Below are positions 51,337-61,300 of a stretch of DNA of 64,000 nt, piece after piece. The notes beneath the pieces are model-generated. The model searched no databases. It saw only the letters and a program-made list of their open reading frames with translations, and was not told where the DNA came from. Within the stretch, counting starts at the first letter, position 1. Every line of letters starts with the position of its first letter. Both the position numbers and the translations under genes were made by a program. Source of the DNA: an uncultured delta proteobacterium (GTDB taxonomy: Bacteria; Myxococcota; Myxococcia; Myxococcales; Myxococcaceae); contig CAWCKH010000003.1 in the NCBI GenBank assembly GCA_963796055.1, positions 384,001-448,000 of the forward strand, given 5' to 3'.

Positions 51337-53183
51337 CGGGTCGTCCCCGTCGCCGCCGGTGGTGGGTGCTGCAGCGCCCAGGCCTCCGCATACCACCCGT
51401 GGTGGACGAGCAGCGCCTCGTGCGTCCCCTCCTCCACCACCCGGCCCGCGACCAGGACGTGGATCCGGTCCGCCCGGGAAATGGTCTCCAGGCGGTGGGC
51501 GATGACCAGCGCCGTCCGGCCCGGAAGGACCGCCTCCAGCGCCGCCTGCACCTCGCGCTCGCTCTCGGGGTCGAGGTTGCTGGTGGCCTCGTCGAGGACC
51601 AGCAGCCGTGGGTCGCGCAGCACCGCCCGGGCGAGCGCCAGCCGCTGCCGCTGTCCACCGCTGAGCCTCGCCCCGCGTTCGCCCAGCGGCGTGTCCCACT
51701 GCCGCGGCAGGGCCATCACGAACTCTTCGGCCCGGGCCGCCCGGAGCGCCGAGCGCAGCTCGCCACCGGTCGCCTCCGGCCGCACGGCGAGCAGGTTCTC
51801 ACGCACCGTTCCCGAGAACAGCAGCGGCTCCTGGGTGACCAGCGCCATCTGCGCGCGGAGCGAGGCCACGGTGCAGGCCTCCACGTCCACCCCGTCCCAG
51901 CGGATGCGCCCGGCGTCCGGCCGGAGGAACCGGAGCAGCAGCGCGGCCACTGTGCTCTTGCCGCCGCCGCTCGGGCCGACCAGCGCCGTCACCTTTCCCA
52001 CCGGGATCTCCAGCTCCAGCCGCGAGAGCGCCGACCGATCTCCATACGACAGGCTCACCATGTCGAATTGCACCGCCCGGGCGAGCCGCGGGGCCGCCTT
52101 CGCCTTCGGCGCGTCGGTCACCAGCGGCGGGGTCTCCAGCACCTCGAGGAGCCGCTCGGCTGCCGCCGCGCCCTGGGTGGCGAACTGCGACGCACGCCCC
52201 AGCTCCTTTGCCGGCTGGTAGAGGAGGATGAGCGCGGCGAGGAACGAGAGCAGCCGCTCCGGCGCGACCTCCATGCTTCCCGCCGCCCACACCAGCACCC
52301 CGGCCACCGCGAGCGCCGCCAGCACCTCGGTCAGAGCGGGGACCGCGGCGCGAGCCCAGGCGGCACGGGCCAGGGTAGCGGCGTGCGCCTCGGCCCGGGC
52401 CGAGAACCGCGCCGCCTCGGCCCCCTCCACCCCGTAGGCCTGGACGGTCCGCACCGCCCCCAGCGCCTCCCGCAGCTGACCCGCCATCCCGCCGAGGCGG
52501 ACCTGTCCCTCCCGTGTCCGGCGGAGCACCGACCGCGTGAGCCGCGCCACGGGCAGGCCGGCCACCGGAACCACCGCCAGCGCCACCAGGGCCAGCCGCC
52601 AGTCGAGCGCCACCGCCACGGCGGCCAGGACGGCGATCTGCAGCCCGTCGCGGATCCACGAGCCCACCGCGTAGATGGCAGCCGTCTCCACCGCGTTCAC
52701 GTCGGCCGAGAAGCGCGAGAGGAGGTCCCCGCTCATCCGCCCCGCCAGCTGCACCGGCGACTGCCGCAGCAGCGCATCGAGCAGCGCCCTCCGGAGCCAG
52801 GCCACGGTGCGCTGTCCGAACTGACCGGTCCAGGTGAACTGCGCGGCGTACGCCAGCCCCTTCACCAGCGCCACGGCGATGAGCAGCAGAGGGAGCGAGA
52901 GCAGCAGCCGATCCCGGCCCGCGGCCTCGAGCGCCGGTGCCCAGCCCGCCACCCGGCCCAGCGCCGAGGCGCCGCCGGTCAGCAGAAAACGGAGGGCCGG
53001 ACCAACCAGGAAGGCATACAGGCCGGTGGCCAGCGCGAGCACGGCCATCGCCAGGGTCGCCAGCAGCAGCCGCCCCAGGTGCGGACGCGCGTACGGCACC
53101 AGCCGCCACAGCGCGCGCCACCCCGAACGGCGGCCGAGGGTGTTGTCCGGAGCGGTGGTCACCAGGGACCCGAGGTGTACCAT
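51333..53183 (-). CDS. msbA: Lipid A flippase-like ABC transporter
   Basis: TMD plus NBD (GPSGGGKST, LSGGQRQR, LDEATS, IAHRL); heads the waaA-lpxK operon. Confidence 0.82.
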   Translation of the reverse strand: MVHLGSLVTTAPDNTLGRRSGWRALWRLVPYARPHLGRLLLATLAMAVLALATGLYAFLVGPALRFLLTGGASALGRVAGWAPALEAAGRDRLLLSLPLLLIAVALVKGLAYAAQFTWTGQFGQRTVAWLRRALLDALLRQSPVQLAGRMSGDLLSRFSADVNAVETAAIYAVGSWIRDGLQIAVLAAVAVALDWRLALVALAVVPVAGLPVARLTRSVLRRTREGQVRLGGMAGQLREALGAVRTVQAYGVEGAEAARFSARAEAHAATLARAAWARAAVPALTEVLAALAVAGVLVWAAGSMEVAPERLLSFLAALILLYQPAKELGRASQFATQGAAAAERLLEVLETPPLVTDAPKAKAAPRLARAVQFDMVSLSYGDRSALSRLELEIPVGKVTALVGPSGGGKSTVAALLLRFLRPDAGRIRWDGVDVEACTVASLRAQMALVTQEPLLFSGTVRENLLAVRPEATGGELRSALRAARAEEFVMALPRQWDTPLGERGARLSGGQRQRLALARAVLRDPRLLVLDEATSNLDPESEREVQAALEAVLPGRTALVIAHRLETISRADRIHVLVAGRVVEEGTHEALLVHHGWYAEAWALQHPPPAATGTTR

Positions 53184-53200
53184 CCCGGCTTCGAGCGTCC

Positions 53201-54370
53201 ATGGCCAACGGCGAGCTGATGGTGGTGGCAGGCGAAGCCTCGGGCGATCTTCACGCGGCGGACGTCCTGGCCGAGCTCCGGCGCCGGCGGCCCGACCTCC
53301 GTGCCTTCGGCATGGGGGGCCCACGTCTGGAAGCTGCCGGGCTGGAGCGGCTGTTCGACGCACGAGAAATTTCCGTGATGGGCATCGCCGAGGTGCTGCC
53401 ACGGTTGCCGCGCATCTGGCGGGTGTTCCGCGCGCTGGCGCGGGCCGCCCGGGAGCGACGGCCGACGGCTGCCCTCCTGGTGGACGTGCCGGACTTCAAC
53501 CTGCGGCTCGCGCGGAAGCTTCGGGGACTCGGCATCCGGGTGGTGTTCTACGTGAGTCCCACGGTCTGGGCGTGGCGGCGCGGCCGGGTCCGGCAGATCG
53601 CCCGGGACGTCGACCGGATGCTCTGCATCCTGCCCTTCGAGGAGGAGTTCTACCGGGCCCACGGAGTGCGCGCGCGGTACGTGGGCAACCCGGTGGTGGA
53701 GCAGGTTCCCCCACCCGGCCCGCCCGAGTCGTTTCGCCGCGCGCTGGGGCTCGACGCCGCCCGGCCCACCCTGGCGCTGCTCCCGGGGAGCCGCCCGAGC
53801 GAGCTCTCCCGGTTGCTCCCGCCGCTGGTGGAGAGCGCGGCGCTGCTCCAGCGCGAGCGTCCCGAGCTGCAGATCGTCGTGCCGGTCGCGCCGGGGCTGG
53901 ACCGGGCTCGGCTGGAGCAGGCCTTCTCTGCCCGCGGACTTCGCCCCACGCTCGTCGCCGGGCGGGCCCCGGAGGTGGTGGGCGCCTCGGACGTCGCGGT
54001 GGTCGCCTCGGGGACCGCCACCCTGGAGACCGCGCTGATGCTGCGCCCGATGGTGGTGGTCTACCGGATGTCGGCGCTCAGCTGGGCCATCGGCAAGCTC
54101 ATGGTGAAGGTGGCTTTCGTCTCGCTGGTCAATCTCCTGTCCGGGCGACGGCTGGTCCCCGAGCTGCTCCAGGGGGAGCTCCGCCCCGAGGCGGTGGCCG
54201 ACGAGGTCCGCCGGCTCTGGGCTCCGGGAAGCGCGCGCGACGCCCAGCTGGAGGGTCTCGCGGCGCTCCGGACCCGGCTGGGTGACGGCCCCACCGCCTC
54301 GCGCGTGGCCGACGAAGTGCTGGAGGTCCTCGACGCGCGTGGTAAGGAGCCGGCCGCCCTCGCCCGATGA
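53201..54370 (+). CDS. lpxB: Lipid-A-disaccharide synthase
   Basis: VAGEASGDLH, DVPDFN, YVSPTVWAWR, LPGSR and SGTATLE. Confidence 0.95.
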   Translation: MANGELMVVAGEASGDLHAADVLAELRRRRPDLRAFGMGGPRLEAAGLERLFDAREISVMGIAEVLPRLPRIWRVFRALARAARERRPTAALLVDVPDFNLRLARKLRGLGIRVVFYVSPTVWAWRRGRVRQIARDVDRMLCILPFEEEFYRAHGVRARYVGNPVVEQVPPPGPPESFRRALGLDAARPTLALLPGSRPSELSRLLPPLVESAALLQRERPELQIVVPVAPGLDRARLEQAFSARGLRPTLVAGRAPEVVGASDVAVVASGTATLETALMLRPMVVVYRMSALSWAIGKLMVKVAFVSLVNLLSGRRLVPELLQGELRPEAVADEVRRLWAPGSARDAQLEGLAALRTRLGDGPTASRVADEVLEVLDARGKEPAALAR

Positions 54371-55062
54371 ACCCCGCCCTGGTCTGCATCCCCACCTACA
54401 ACGAGCGCGAGAACATCGACTCCATCGTCCGCGCGGTGCTCGCCGCCGACCCGCGGGTGGACGTCCTGGTGGTCGACGACGCGAGCCCGGACGGAACCGG
54501 CGCGCTGGCGGATGCGCTGTCCCGGGAGTCGCCGCGGGTGCACGTGCTCCACCGTTCCGGCAAGGAGGGGCTGGGGAAGGCGTACCTCGCGGCGTTCGAC
54601 TGGGCGCTCCAGCGCGGCTACGGCTGGGTCCTCGAGATGGACGCCGACTGGAGCCACGACCCGCGGTACCTGCCGACGCTGCTCGACCGCGCCTCCACCG
54701 ACGCCGATCTGGCGCTGGGCAGCCGCTGGGTAGAGGGGGGGGGCACCCGGAACTGGGGCATCGGCCGGCAGCTCATCAGCCGCGGTGGCTCGCTCTACGC
54801 CCGCACCATCCTCGGCCTCGGCATCCGCGACCTGACCGGGGGCTTCAAGTGCTTCCGGGCCGAGGTGCTCCGGGCCATCGAGCTGCCCACCGTCACCAGC
54901 ACCGGGTACGGGTTCCAGATCGAGCTCACCTACCGGGCCATCAAGCGCGGGTTCCGCGTGGTCGAGGTACCGATCGTGTTCGAGGACCGGCGGGTCGGGC
55001 AGTCCAAGATGTCCAAGGCCATCGTCCTCGAGGCGCTTTCCATGGTGTGGAAGATCCGGTGA
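54367..55062 (+). CDS. Polyprenol monophosphomannose synthase-like GT2
   Basis: IPTYNEREN, DDASPDGT, MDADWSHDP and DLTGGFKCF. Confidence 0.9.
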   Translation: MNPALVCIPTYNERENIDSIVRAVLAADPRVDVLVVDDASPDGTGALADALSRESPRVHVLHRSGKEGLGKAYLAAFDWALQRGYGWVLEMDADWSHDPRYLPTLLDRASTDADLALGSRWVEGGGTRNWGIGRQLISRGGSLYARTILGLGIRDLTGGFKCFRAEVLRAIELPTVTSTGYGFQIELTYRAIKRGFRVVEVPIVFEDRRVGQSKMSKAIVLEALSMVWKIR

Positions 55063-55703
55063 GCGACGCCGTCTCCTCCGCGCTGGTCGCCTTCTCGGCG
55101 GTCTTCTTCGTGGTCGACCCGATCGGTGTGGTGCCGATCTTCATCGCCATGACCCAGGGCGACCCGCCGGAGGAGCTCCGCGACACTGCCCGGCGCGCCT
55201 CGCTGGTCGCCGCGGGGCTCCTGGTGTTCTTCGCGCTCTGCGGCACCTTCCTCTTCAAGGTGGTGGGGGTGAGCCTCAGCGCCTTCCGGGTGGCGGGGGG
55301 CATCGTGCTCCTGATCACCGCTCTGGACATGCTCCGTGCCCGTCAGTCCGAGACCCGCACCTCCCCCGAGGAGGCGCAGGAGGCCACCAGCAAGGAGGAC
55401 ATCGCGATCGTACCGCTGGCCATTCCGCTCCTGGCCGGCCCGGGCGCCATCGCCACGGTGATGGTCCTGATGTCGCGGGCCTCGGGCGTGGTCTCGGTGG
55501 TGGCGGTGATCCTGAGCGTCCTGGTGACCATGGCCGCGGCCTACTTCCTGCTGCGCGGCGCGTCCCTGGTGCAACGGGTGCTGGGGCAGTCGGGGGTGGC
55601 GATCATCCAGCGGGTGATGGGGCTGCTCCTCGCCGCCATCGCGGTGCAGTTCATCGCCGAGGGCGGTCGCGAGCTGGTGGGCCTGCCCCCGCTCCAGGGC
55701 TAG
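55059..55703 (+). CDS. MarC family membrane protein
   Basis: VDPIGVVPIF, FRVAGG, IVPLAIPLLAGPGAI and RVMGLLLAAIAVQ. Confidence 0.92.
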   Translation: MSDAVSSALVAFSAVFFVVDPIGVVPIFIAMTQGDPPEELRDTARRASLVAAGLLVFFALCGTFLFKVVGVSLSAFRVAGGIVLLITALDMLRARQSETRTSPEEAQEATSKEDIAIVPLAIPLLAGPGAIATVMVLMSRASGVVSVVAVILSVLVTMAAAYFLLRGASLVQRVLGQSGVAIIQRVMGLLLAAIAVQFIAEGGRELVGLPPLQG

Positions 55704-55723
55704 CCCGCCCGGGGAGCGTCACG

Positions 55724-56551
55724 TCAATGCGAGACGGGCGGCGGGCCCGTACGGGCGAGCAGCGTGATCCCGCTCTCCGTCGCGAGCGAGAGCAGCCGGT
55801 CCCCTTCCAGCAGCAGCGTCTTTCCGGCCTCGACAGCCAGGACCCGTCCGCCGACCGACACGAGCACCTCCAGCGTTCCAGGTCCGACCGCCGGCAGGTC
55901 GAAGCGCTCGTCCTGCCCGGGCTTGCTCCGCTTGACCACCACCACACCCGGGCCACCGAGCTCGGCGCCGCGGCGGATGCAGGCGTCGGTCCCCTCCACC
56001 GCCTCCAACGCCAGCACGTGCCCGTTCTTCACCACCACCGTCTGCCCCACGTCAGCCTGGCCGAGGAGCGTCGCCACCTCCTCGCCGAGCGCCACGTCCC
56101 GCTCCTGCGCGGCATCGAGCGGCGGGCCGGCGAGATGTCCCTCGGGGGCGAGAATCTCCCGGAGCAGCTCCGTGGGTGCCACGATGCGGATCCCCGCGGA
56201 CTCGAACTCGTCCGCAGCGGCGCGCAGGAGCGCGTCGTCCCGGAAGCTCCGCAACCGCGAGGCGATCCGGAAGAGCCCGAGGTCCGGCCGCATCTGTTGC
56301 ACCGCACGCATCCGCGAGAAGCCGCCCGCCAGCACCGCCTCGGTGACGCCCTGGTCCCGGAGCAGCCGCTCGATGCGCGCCACCTGCCCCACCTTGACCC
56401 ACTCGAGCGAATCGACCTCCGAAGCCAGCTCCGGGTCGGTCTCGCCCACGTGGCCCACCGCGATCACCGAGAGGCCGCGGCCGCGGGCTGCCCGGGCGAA
56501 GAGCCGGGGAAGCGCGCCGTTCCCGGCGATGAGGCCGATGCGTCCGGCCAC
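55724..56551 (-). CDS. lpxI: UDP-2,3-diacylglucosamine diphosphatase
   Basis: IGLIAGNGALP, DVGQTVV, ALEAVEGTD and QDERFDLPAVG; directly downstream of lpxA. Confidence 0.92.
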   Translation of the reverse strand: MAGRIGLIAGNGALPRLFARAARGRGLSVIAVGHVGETDPELASEVDSLEWVKVGQVARIERLLRDQGVTEAVLAGGFSRMRAVQQMRPDLGLFRIASRLRSFRDDALLRAAADEFESAGIRIVAPTELLREILAPEGHLAGPPLDAAQERDVALGEEVATLLGQADVGQTVVVKNGHVLALEAVEGTDACIRRGAELGGPGVVVVKRSKPGQDERFDLPAVGPGTLEVLVSVGGRVLAVEAGKTLLLEGDRLLSLATESGITLLARTGPPPVSH

Positions 56552-56555
56552 GGCC

Positions 56556-57329
56556 CTAGCGCGTCAGCCCGCGGTGGCTGGTGGTGACGAACCCGAGCAG
56601 CACCTGGATCTCCGGCTGGTCGCCGAGCTCCGTCCGGAGGCGCTCGATGGCCTCCTCCAGCGGCAGCTTGCTCCGGAAGAGGATGCGGTAGGCCTCCTTG
56701 ACCCGGGCGATCTGCTCCTCGCCGAACCCGTGCCGGGCCAGGCCGACGCTGTTGATCCCCACCAGCTCGGCACGGTCGCCCTGGGCGGTGCAGAACGGCG
56801 GCACGTCCATCACCACCATCGAGCCGCCGGCCACGAAGGCGTGGCGGCCGATGCGGGTGAACTGGTGCACCGCCGCCAGCCCGCCCAGGATGGCGTGGTC
56901 CCCCACCTCGACGTGGCCCCCCAGGGTCGCCCCGTTGGCGAACACACAGCCGCTCCCCACCTGACAGTCGTGCGCCACGTGGGCGTAGGCCATGAAGAGA
57001 TTGCCGTCGCCGATGCGGGTCACCCCCCCGCCGCCGGTGGTCCCCTTGTGGAGGGTGGTGAACTCGCGGATCAGGTTCTCGTTCCCGATCTCCAGCGCGC
57101 TGTCCTCCCCCGCGTACTTCAAGTCCTGGGGCTGCGCGCCCACCGAGGCGAACTGGAAGACCCGGTTGCGCTCGCCGAGCCGGGTGCGCCCCTCGATCAC
57201 CGCGTGCGGGCCGACGGTGGTCCCGGCGCCGATCTCCACCTGCGCGCCGATGACCACGTAGGGCCCGACCTCGACCGTGGGATGCAGCCGGGCTCCGGAG
57301 GCGACGATGGCCGTGGGATGGACGCTCAT
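56556..57329 (-). CDS. lpxA: UDP-GlcNAc O-acyltransferase
   Basis: VHPTAIV hexapeptide repeats, PQDLKY, HVAHDC and VHQF. Confidence 0.95.
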   Translation of the reverse strand: MSVHPTAIVASGARLHPTVEVGPYVVIGAQVEIGAGTTVGPHAVIEGRTRLGERNRVFQFASVGAQPQDLKYAGEDSALEIGNENLIREFTTLHKGTTGGGGVTRIGDGNLFMAYAHVAHDCQVGSGCVFANGATLGGHVEVGDHAILGGLAAVHQFTRIGRHAFVAGGSMVVMDVPPFCTAQGDRAELVGINSVGLARHGFGEEQIARVKEAYRILFRSKLPLEEAIERLRTELGDQPEIQVLLGFVTTSHRGLTR

Positions 57330-57766
57330 CGGTCCTTGTCCACCACCGTGGCCAGGAACTCGCCCTCCGCCACCACCTCGCCGTCCACCTTCGCCACCCC
57401 GCGGGTCTTGAGGATCGCGCCCTTGAAGCGCAGCACCTCCACCTCCAGCTCCAGCCGGTCGCCGGGCACGGTGGGCTTGCGGAACTTCGCCCGGTCGATG
57501 GCCATGAGGTAGGTCACCTTCCGGGACGGGTCGAACCCGGTGGAGCGGTAGGCGAGGATCGCGCTCGCCTGGGCCAGCGCCTCCAGCACCAGCACCCCCG
57601 GCATCACCGGGTGGCCCGGGAAGTGCCCCTCGAAGAACGGCTCGTTGACCGAGACGTTCTTGTAGGCCCGCAGCGCCTTGCCGGGGTCGATCGACACCAC
57701 CCGGTCCACCAGGAGGAACGGGTAGCGGTGGGGCAGCAGCTTCTGGATCTCCTGCACGTCCATCAT
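57326..57766 (-). CDS. fabZ: 3-hydroxyacyl-ACP dehydratase
   Basis: LPHRYPFLLVD and GHFPGHPVMPGVLVLEALAQ. Confidence 0.96.
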   Translation of the reverse strand: MMDVQEIQKLLPHRYPFLLVDRVVSIDPGKALRAYKNVSVNEPFFEGHFPGHPVMPGVLVLEALAQASAILAYRSTGFDPSRKVTYLMAIDRAKFRKPTVPGDRLELEVEVLRFKGAILKTRGVAKVDGEVVAEGEFLATVVDKDR

Positions 57767-57769
57767 GTC

Positions 57770-58816
57770 TCAGGACTCGTCCTTCCTCGACTCCAGCGCG
57801 GCCAGGCGCGCGCGCAGCTCCCTCACCTCGCGCAGCAGCTCGGGCAGGTGCTTCATCGCCGCCGACTGCCGCAGCCACAGCGCACGCTCCACCGCGGGGT
57901 ACCCGGAGAAGGTGGCGCCGGGCGGCACGTCGTGCGGCACACCCGATTGCGCGGCGACCCGGGCCCCGTCTCCCACCCGCACGTGCCCCACGATGCCCAC
58001 CTGGCCCGCGAGCACCACGCCGCTGCCCACCTCGGTCGACCCGGAGATGCCCACCTGCGCGCAGAGGATGGAGAGCGGCCCCACCCGGACGTTGTGCGCG
58101 ATCTGCACCAGGTTGTCGATCTTCGTCCCCCGGCCGATGACCGTCTCCCCGGTGGTCGCCCGATCGATGCAGCTGCCTGCCCCCACCTCCACGTCGTCCT
58201 CGATGCGGACCGTGCCCACCTGCGGCACCTTCACGTGCGCCGGGCCTGCCGGGTCGAAGGCGAAGCCGAAGCCGTCCGAGCCCACCACCACCCCGGGCTG
58301 GAGCAGCACCCGGTTCCCCAGCACGCAGCGCTCGCGCACCACCGCTCCCGGCTGGAGCACGCAGTCCTCCCCCAGCCGTGAGCCCTCGCCGAGGTAGCTG
58401 CCCGGCCAGAGCACCGAGCGCGGCCCCACCACCGCGTCCGCCTCCACCACCGCCAGCGCCATCACCGTGGCCGAGGGGTCCACCCGCGCCGAGGGGTGCA
58501 CCTCGGCTCGCGGATGCACGCCCGCCGCCGAGTGGGCCGCGGGGTGGAACAGCGAGAGGATCTGCGCGAATGCCAGGTGCGGCGAGGCCACCCGCACCCA
58601 GGCCACGTCGGTGCGGGTCACCGGCTCGCCGGGCGGGACCAGGACCGCAGAGGCGCGGGTGGTCCCCAGCTCCTTGCGGTAGCGCGGGTTCCCGTAGAAC
58701 GACAGCTCGCCCGGGCCGGCCTCCTCCAGAGAAGCCAGTCCCCGGACCCGCAGCGACCCGTCGCCCTCGACGGTGCCGCCCACGTGTGCCGCGAGCTCTG
58801 CGAGGGAGCGTTCCAT
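57770..58816 (-). CDS. lpxD: UDP-3-O-acylglucosamine N-acyltransferase
   Basis: GSDGFGF, IDRAT, KIDNLVQIAHNV and hexapeptide repeats. Confidence 0.95.
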   Translation of the reverse strand: MERSLAELAAHVGGTVEGDGSLRVRGLASLEEAGPGELSFYGNPRYRKELGTTRASAVLVPPGEPVTRTDVAWVRVASPHLAFAQILSLFHPAAHSAAGVHPRAEVHPSARVDPSATVMALAVVEADAVVGPRSVLWPGSYLGEGSRLGEDCVLQPGAVVRERCVLGNRVLLQPGVVVGSDGFGFAFDPAGPAHVKVPQVGTVRIEDDVEVGAGSCIDRATTGETVIGRGTKIDNLVQIAHNVRVGPLSILCAQVGISGSTEVGSGVVLAGQVGIVGHVRVGDGARVAAQSGVPHDVPPGATFSGYPAVERALWLRQSAAMKHLPELLREVRELRARLAALESRKDES

Positions 58817-58830
58817 CCGCTCCCTGGAGG

Positions 58831-59403
58831 CTACTTCTTCTTGGCCGGCGTGGCGGCCGGCGCCGTCGAGCTGGTCTTGACCTTGTTCTGCTCGTTGTAG
58901 GTGCGGACCAGCTGCGGGGTCAGGTCGAGGGAGTCCGGGGCGTAGGCGATGCCGCCGGCGTCGAACACCATGGTGAAGCCCTCCCGCTGGGCGAGGGAAT
59001 TGATGATGTTCCGCATCTTGGCGACGATGGGCTGGAACTCCTCGTTCTCCTTCTGCGCCAGCTCCGCCCGGCCCTTCTCGAAGTTCTGCTGCAGGTCGAT
59101 GAACCGCTTCTGCAGGGCCTCGGCCTTGTCGTTCCGGGCCTGCTCGGTCATGGTCGCGGCCTGCTTGTCGAAGGTCTCCTTGTCCTTCTTCAGCGCCTCC
59201 TGTGCCTTGTCCAGGTCCTTCTGCTTCTGCTCCTTGAGGCCCTCGAGCCGGGTCCTGGCGGCTTTGGCCTCCTCGAGCTCGGCGAGCGCCTTCTGGAAGT
59301 TGACGTAGCCGATCTTCGCCTCCGCGTGCGCAACCGCGGAGAAGGTCAGCGGAATCGCGGCGGCAAGGGCCACCATCAGGCGACGGAACGACATCACGTG
59401 CAT
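58831..59403 (-). CDS. skp: OmpH/Skp periplasmic chaperone
   Basis: GAGGAG SD, signal peptide ending AHA, KIGYVNFQ, coiled coil and DLT. Confidence 0.9.
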   Translation of the reverse strand: MHVMSFRRLMVALAAAIPLTFSAVAHAEAKIGYVNFQKALAELEEAKAARTRLEGLKEQKQKDLDKAQEALKKDKETFDKQAATMTEQARNDKAEALQKRFIDLQQNFEKGRAELAQKENEEFQPIVAKMRNIINSLAQREGFTMVFDAGGIAYAPDSLDLTPQLVRTYNEQNKVKTSSTAPAATPAKKK

Positions 59404-59507
59404 GCTCCTCGGGGAAACTCCGGCGATTGGATGGGCGACCACCGCCGACCGGAGTGGAACGGAAGCCCCCCGGCGGGTGCTCCCGATGCGGTCGAAAAAG
59501 TCCGCGG

Positions 59508-59537
59508 ACACTAGGAGGAACGCCGCCGGTCCGTCAA
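59508..59537 (-). promoter_or_regulatory. Putative sigma70 promoter of skp-lpxD-fabZ-lpxA-lpxI
   Basis: TTGACG-18 nt-TAGTGT. Confidence 0.5.
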
Positions 59538-59579
59538 GCAGATGCCACTTGGCAGTCAGGCAGGCCTTTGGGTCGGGGG

Positions 59580-60968
59580 TCAGAGCGCCTTCACCTCGGT
59601 CACCAGCCGGGTCAGCGACGACTTGGCGTCGCCGAAGAGCATCGAGGTGTTGGGCGCGTAGAAGAGGTGGTTCTCGATGCCGGCGAAGCCGGGGTTCATG
59701 CTCCGCTTGAGCACGATGACGCCCTTGGATTTGTCCGCGTCGAGGATCGGCATCCCGTAGATGGGGCTCTGGGGATCGCTCCGCGCGGCGGGGTTGACCA
59801 CGTCGTTGGCTCCGATGACCAGGGCCACGTCCGCCCGCTCGAACTCGGCGTTGATCTGTTCCATGTCGTAGAGCCGGTCGTAGGGGACGTTGGCCTCCGC
59901 CAGCAGCACGTTCATGTGGCCGGGCATCCGCCCGGCGACGGGGTGGATGGCGTACTTCACCGTCACCCCCCGCTTCTCCAGGAGGTCAGCCAGCTCCCGC
60001 ACCACGTGCTGGGCCTGCGCCACCGCCATCCCGTAGCCCGGGACGACGATCACCTCGCTGGCGTAGGCCATCCGGAGCGCCGCGTCCTCCGCCGAGACGC
60101 TGCGGACGGTGAGGTCCTTGGCCTCGGCTCCCGCGGCCAGCGCCGGCTGAGCGGAGCCAAAGGCGCCGAAGAGCACGTTGCCGAAGCTCCGGTTCATCGC
60201 CTTGGACATGAGAATCGAGAGCATGAAGCCCGAGGCCCCGTCGAGGGCGCCGCAGATGATGAGGACATTGTTCTGGATGGCGAACCCCGTCGCGCTCGAG
60301 GCCAGTCCGGCGTAGGAGTTGAGCAGCGAGACCACCACCGGCATGTCCGCCCCGCCGATGGGGAGGACCATGAACACCCCGAGCAACAGCGCCAGGGCGA
60401 TCATCCCGTAGAAGACCGTCGGGGTTCCGGGGCGGAAGATGAGGAAGAAGAACATGGCGATCGCCACCCCGAAGAGGGTGATGTTGACCGCGTTCTGTCC
60501 CCGGTAGGTCACCGGCCTCCCGGTGATGAATTCTTGAAGTTTTCCGAAGGCCATGAAGCTGCCGGTCACGGTGAGCGCGCCGAACAGCACCTCGAAGCCC
60601 AGCGCGGCCATGGTCGACCGCGGCATCGAATGCTGGTGAATCCGGAACTCGGCGATGCCCACCAGCGTGGCGGCCAGGGCGCCGAACATGTGGCTGATGG
60701 CGATCCGCTGGGGCATGGCGGTCATCGGCACGAACATGCCCAGCGGGTAGCCGATCACCGTCCCCAGGATCAGCGCCAGGGCGATGAAGTCGAAGCGGAC
60801 GATCTCGTGATTGAACAGCGTGCCCACGATCGCCAGGACCATGCCCAGCGCCGCCTGCTGCATGCCCAGCCGGGCCTTGTCCGGGTGCGAGAGGCTCTTC
60901 AGGCCGAGGATGAACAGCACCGAGGCGGCGAGGTAGATCGCCTCGATGACCAGGTCGCGGGTGTTCAT
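59580..60968 (-). CDS. pntB: NAD(P) transhydrogenase beta subunit
   Basis: MTAMPQ, IGGADMPVVVSLLNSYAG, PGYGMAVAQAQ, HPVAGRMPGHMN and GANDVVNP. Confidence 0.96.
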   Translation of the reverse strand: MNTRDLVIEAIYLAASVLFILGLKSLSHPDKARLGMQQAALGMVLAIVGTLFNHEIVRFDFIALALILGTVIGYPLGMFVPMTAMPQRIAISHMFGALAATLVGIAEFRIHQHSMPRSTMAALGFEVLFGALTVTGSFMAFGKLQEFITGRPVTYRGQNAVNITLFGVAIAMFFFLIFRPGTPTVFYGMIALALLLGVFMVLPIGGADMPVVVSLLNSYAGLASSATGFAIQNNVLIICGALDGASGFMLSILMSKAMNRSFGNVLFGAFGSAQPALAAGAEAKDLTVRSVSAEDAALRMAYASEVIVVPGYGMAVAQAQHVVRELADLLEKRGVTVKYAIHPVAGRMPGHMNVLLAEANVPYDRLYDMEQINAEFERADVALVIGANDVVNPAARSDPQSPIYGMPILDADKSKGVIVLKRSMNPGFAGIENHLFYAPNTSMLFGDAKSSLTRLVTEVKAL

Positions 60969-61300
60969 CGGGCCCCGCCTGCGCGCTGGCCGGCCTTCTC
61001 CACCGCTGCGCCGGGCGCAGGCTTCACCTCCCGGCGGAACATCTTCAGCATCCGATCGGTGATCAGGAACCCGCCCACCACGTTGATGCTCGCGGCGGTG
61101 ACCGCGACGAAACCCAGCCAGTTCGAAACGGTGTCTCGGTTGGCGCCGGCCAGCACCAGCGACCCCACCAGGCTGATGGCGGAGATGGCGTTGGTCGCCG
61201 ACATCAGCGGGGTGTGGAGAAGCGGCGGGACGCGGGTGATGACCTGGTAGCCCACGAACGCGGCGAGTACGAACACGTACAGCTCGATGACGCTGATCAC
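60965..61300 (-). CDS. pntAB: NAD(P) transhydrogenase alpha-2 subunit
   Basis: LHTPLMSATNAIS and NVVGGFLITDRML. Confidence 0.95.
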   Translation of the reverse strand: MISVIELYVFVLAAFVGYQVITRVPPLLHTPLMSATNAISAISLVGSLVLAGANRDTVSNWLGFVAVTAASINVVGGFLITDRMLKMFRREVKPAPGAAVEKAGQRAGGAR

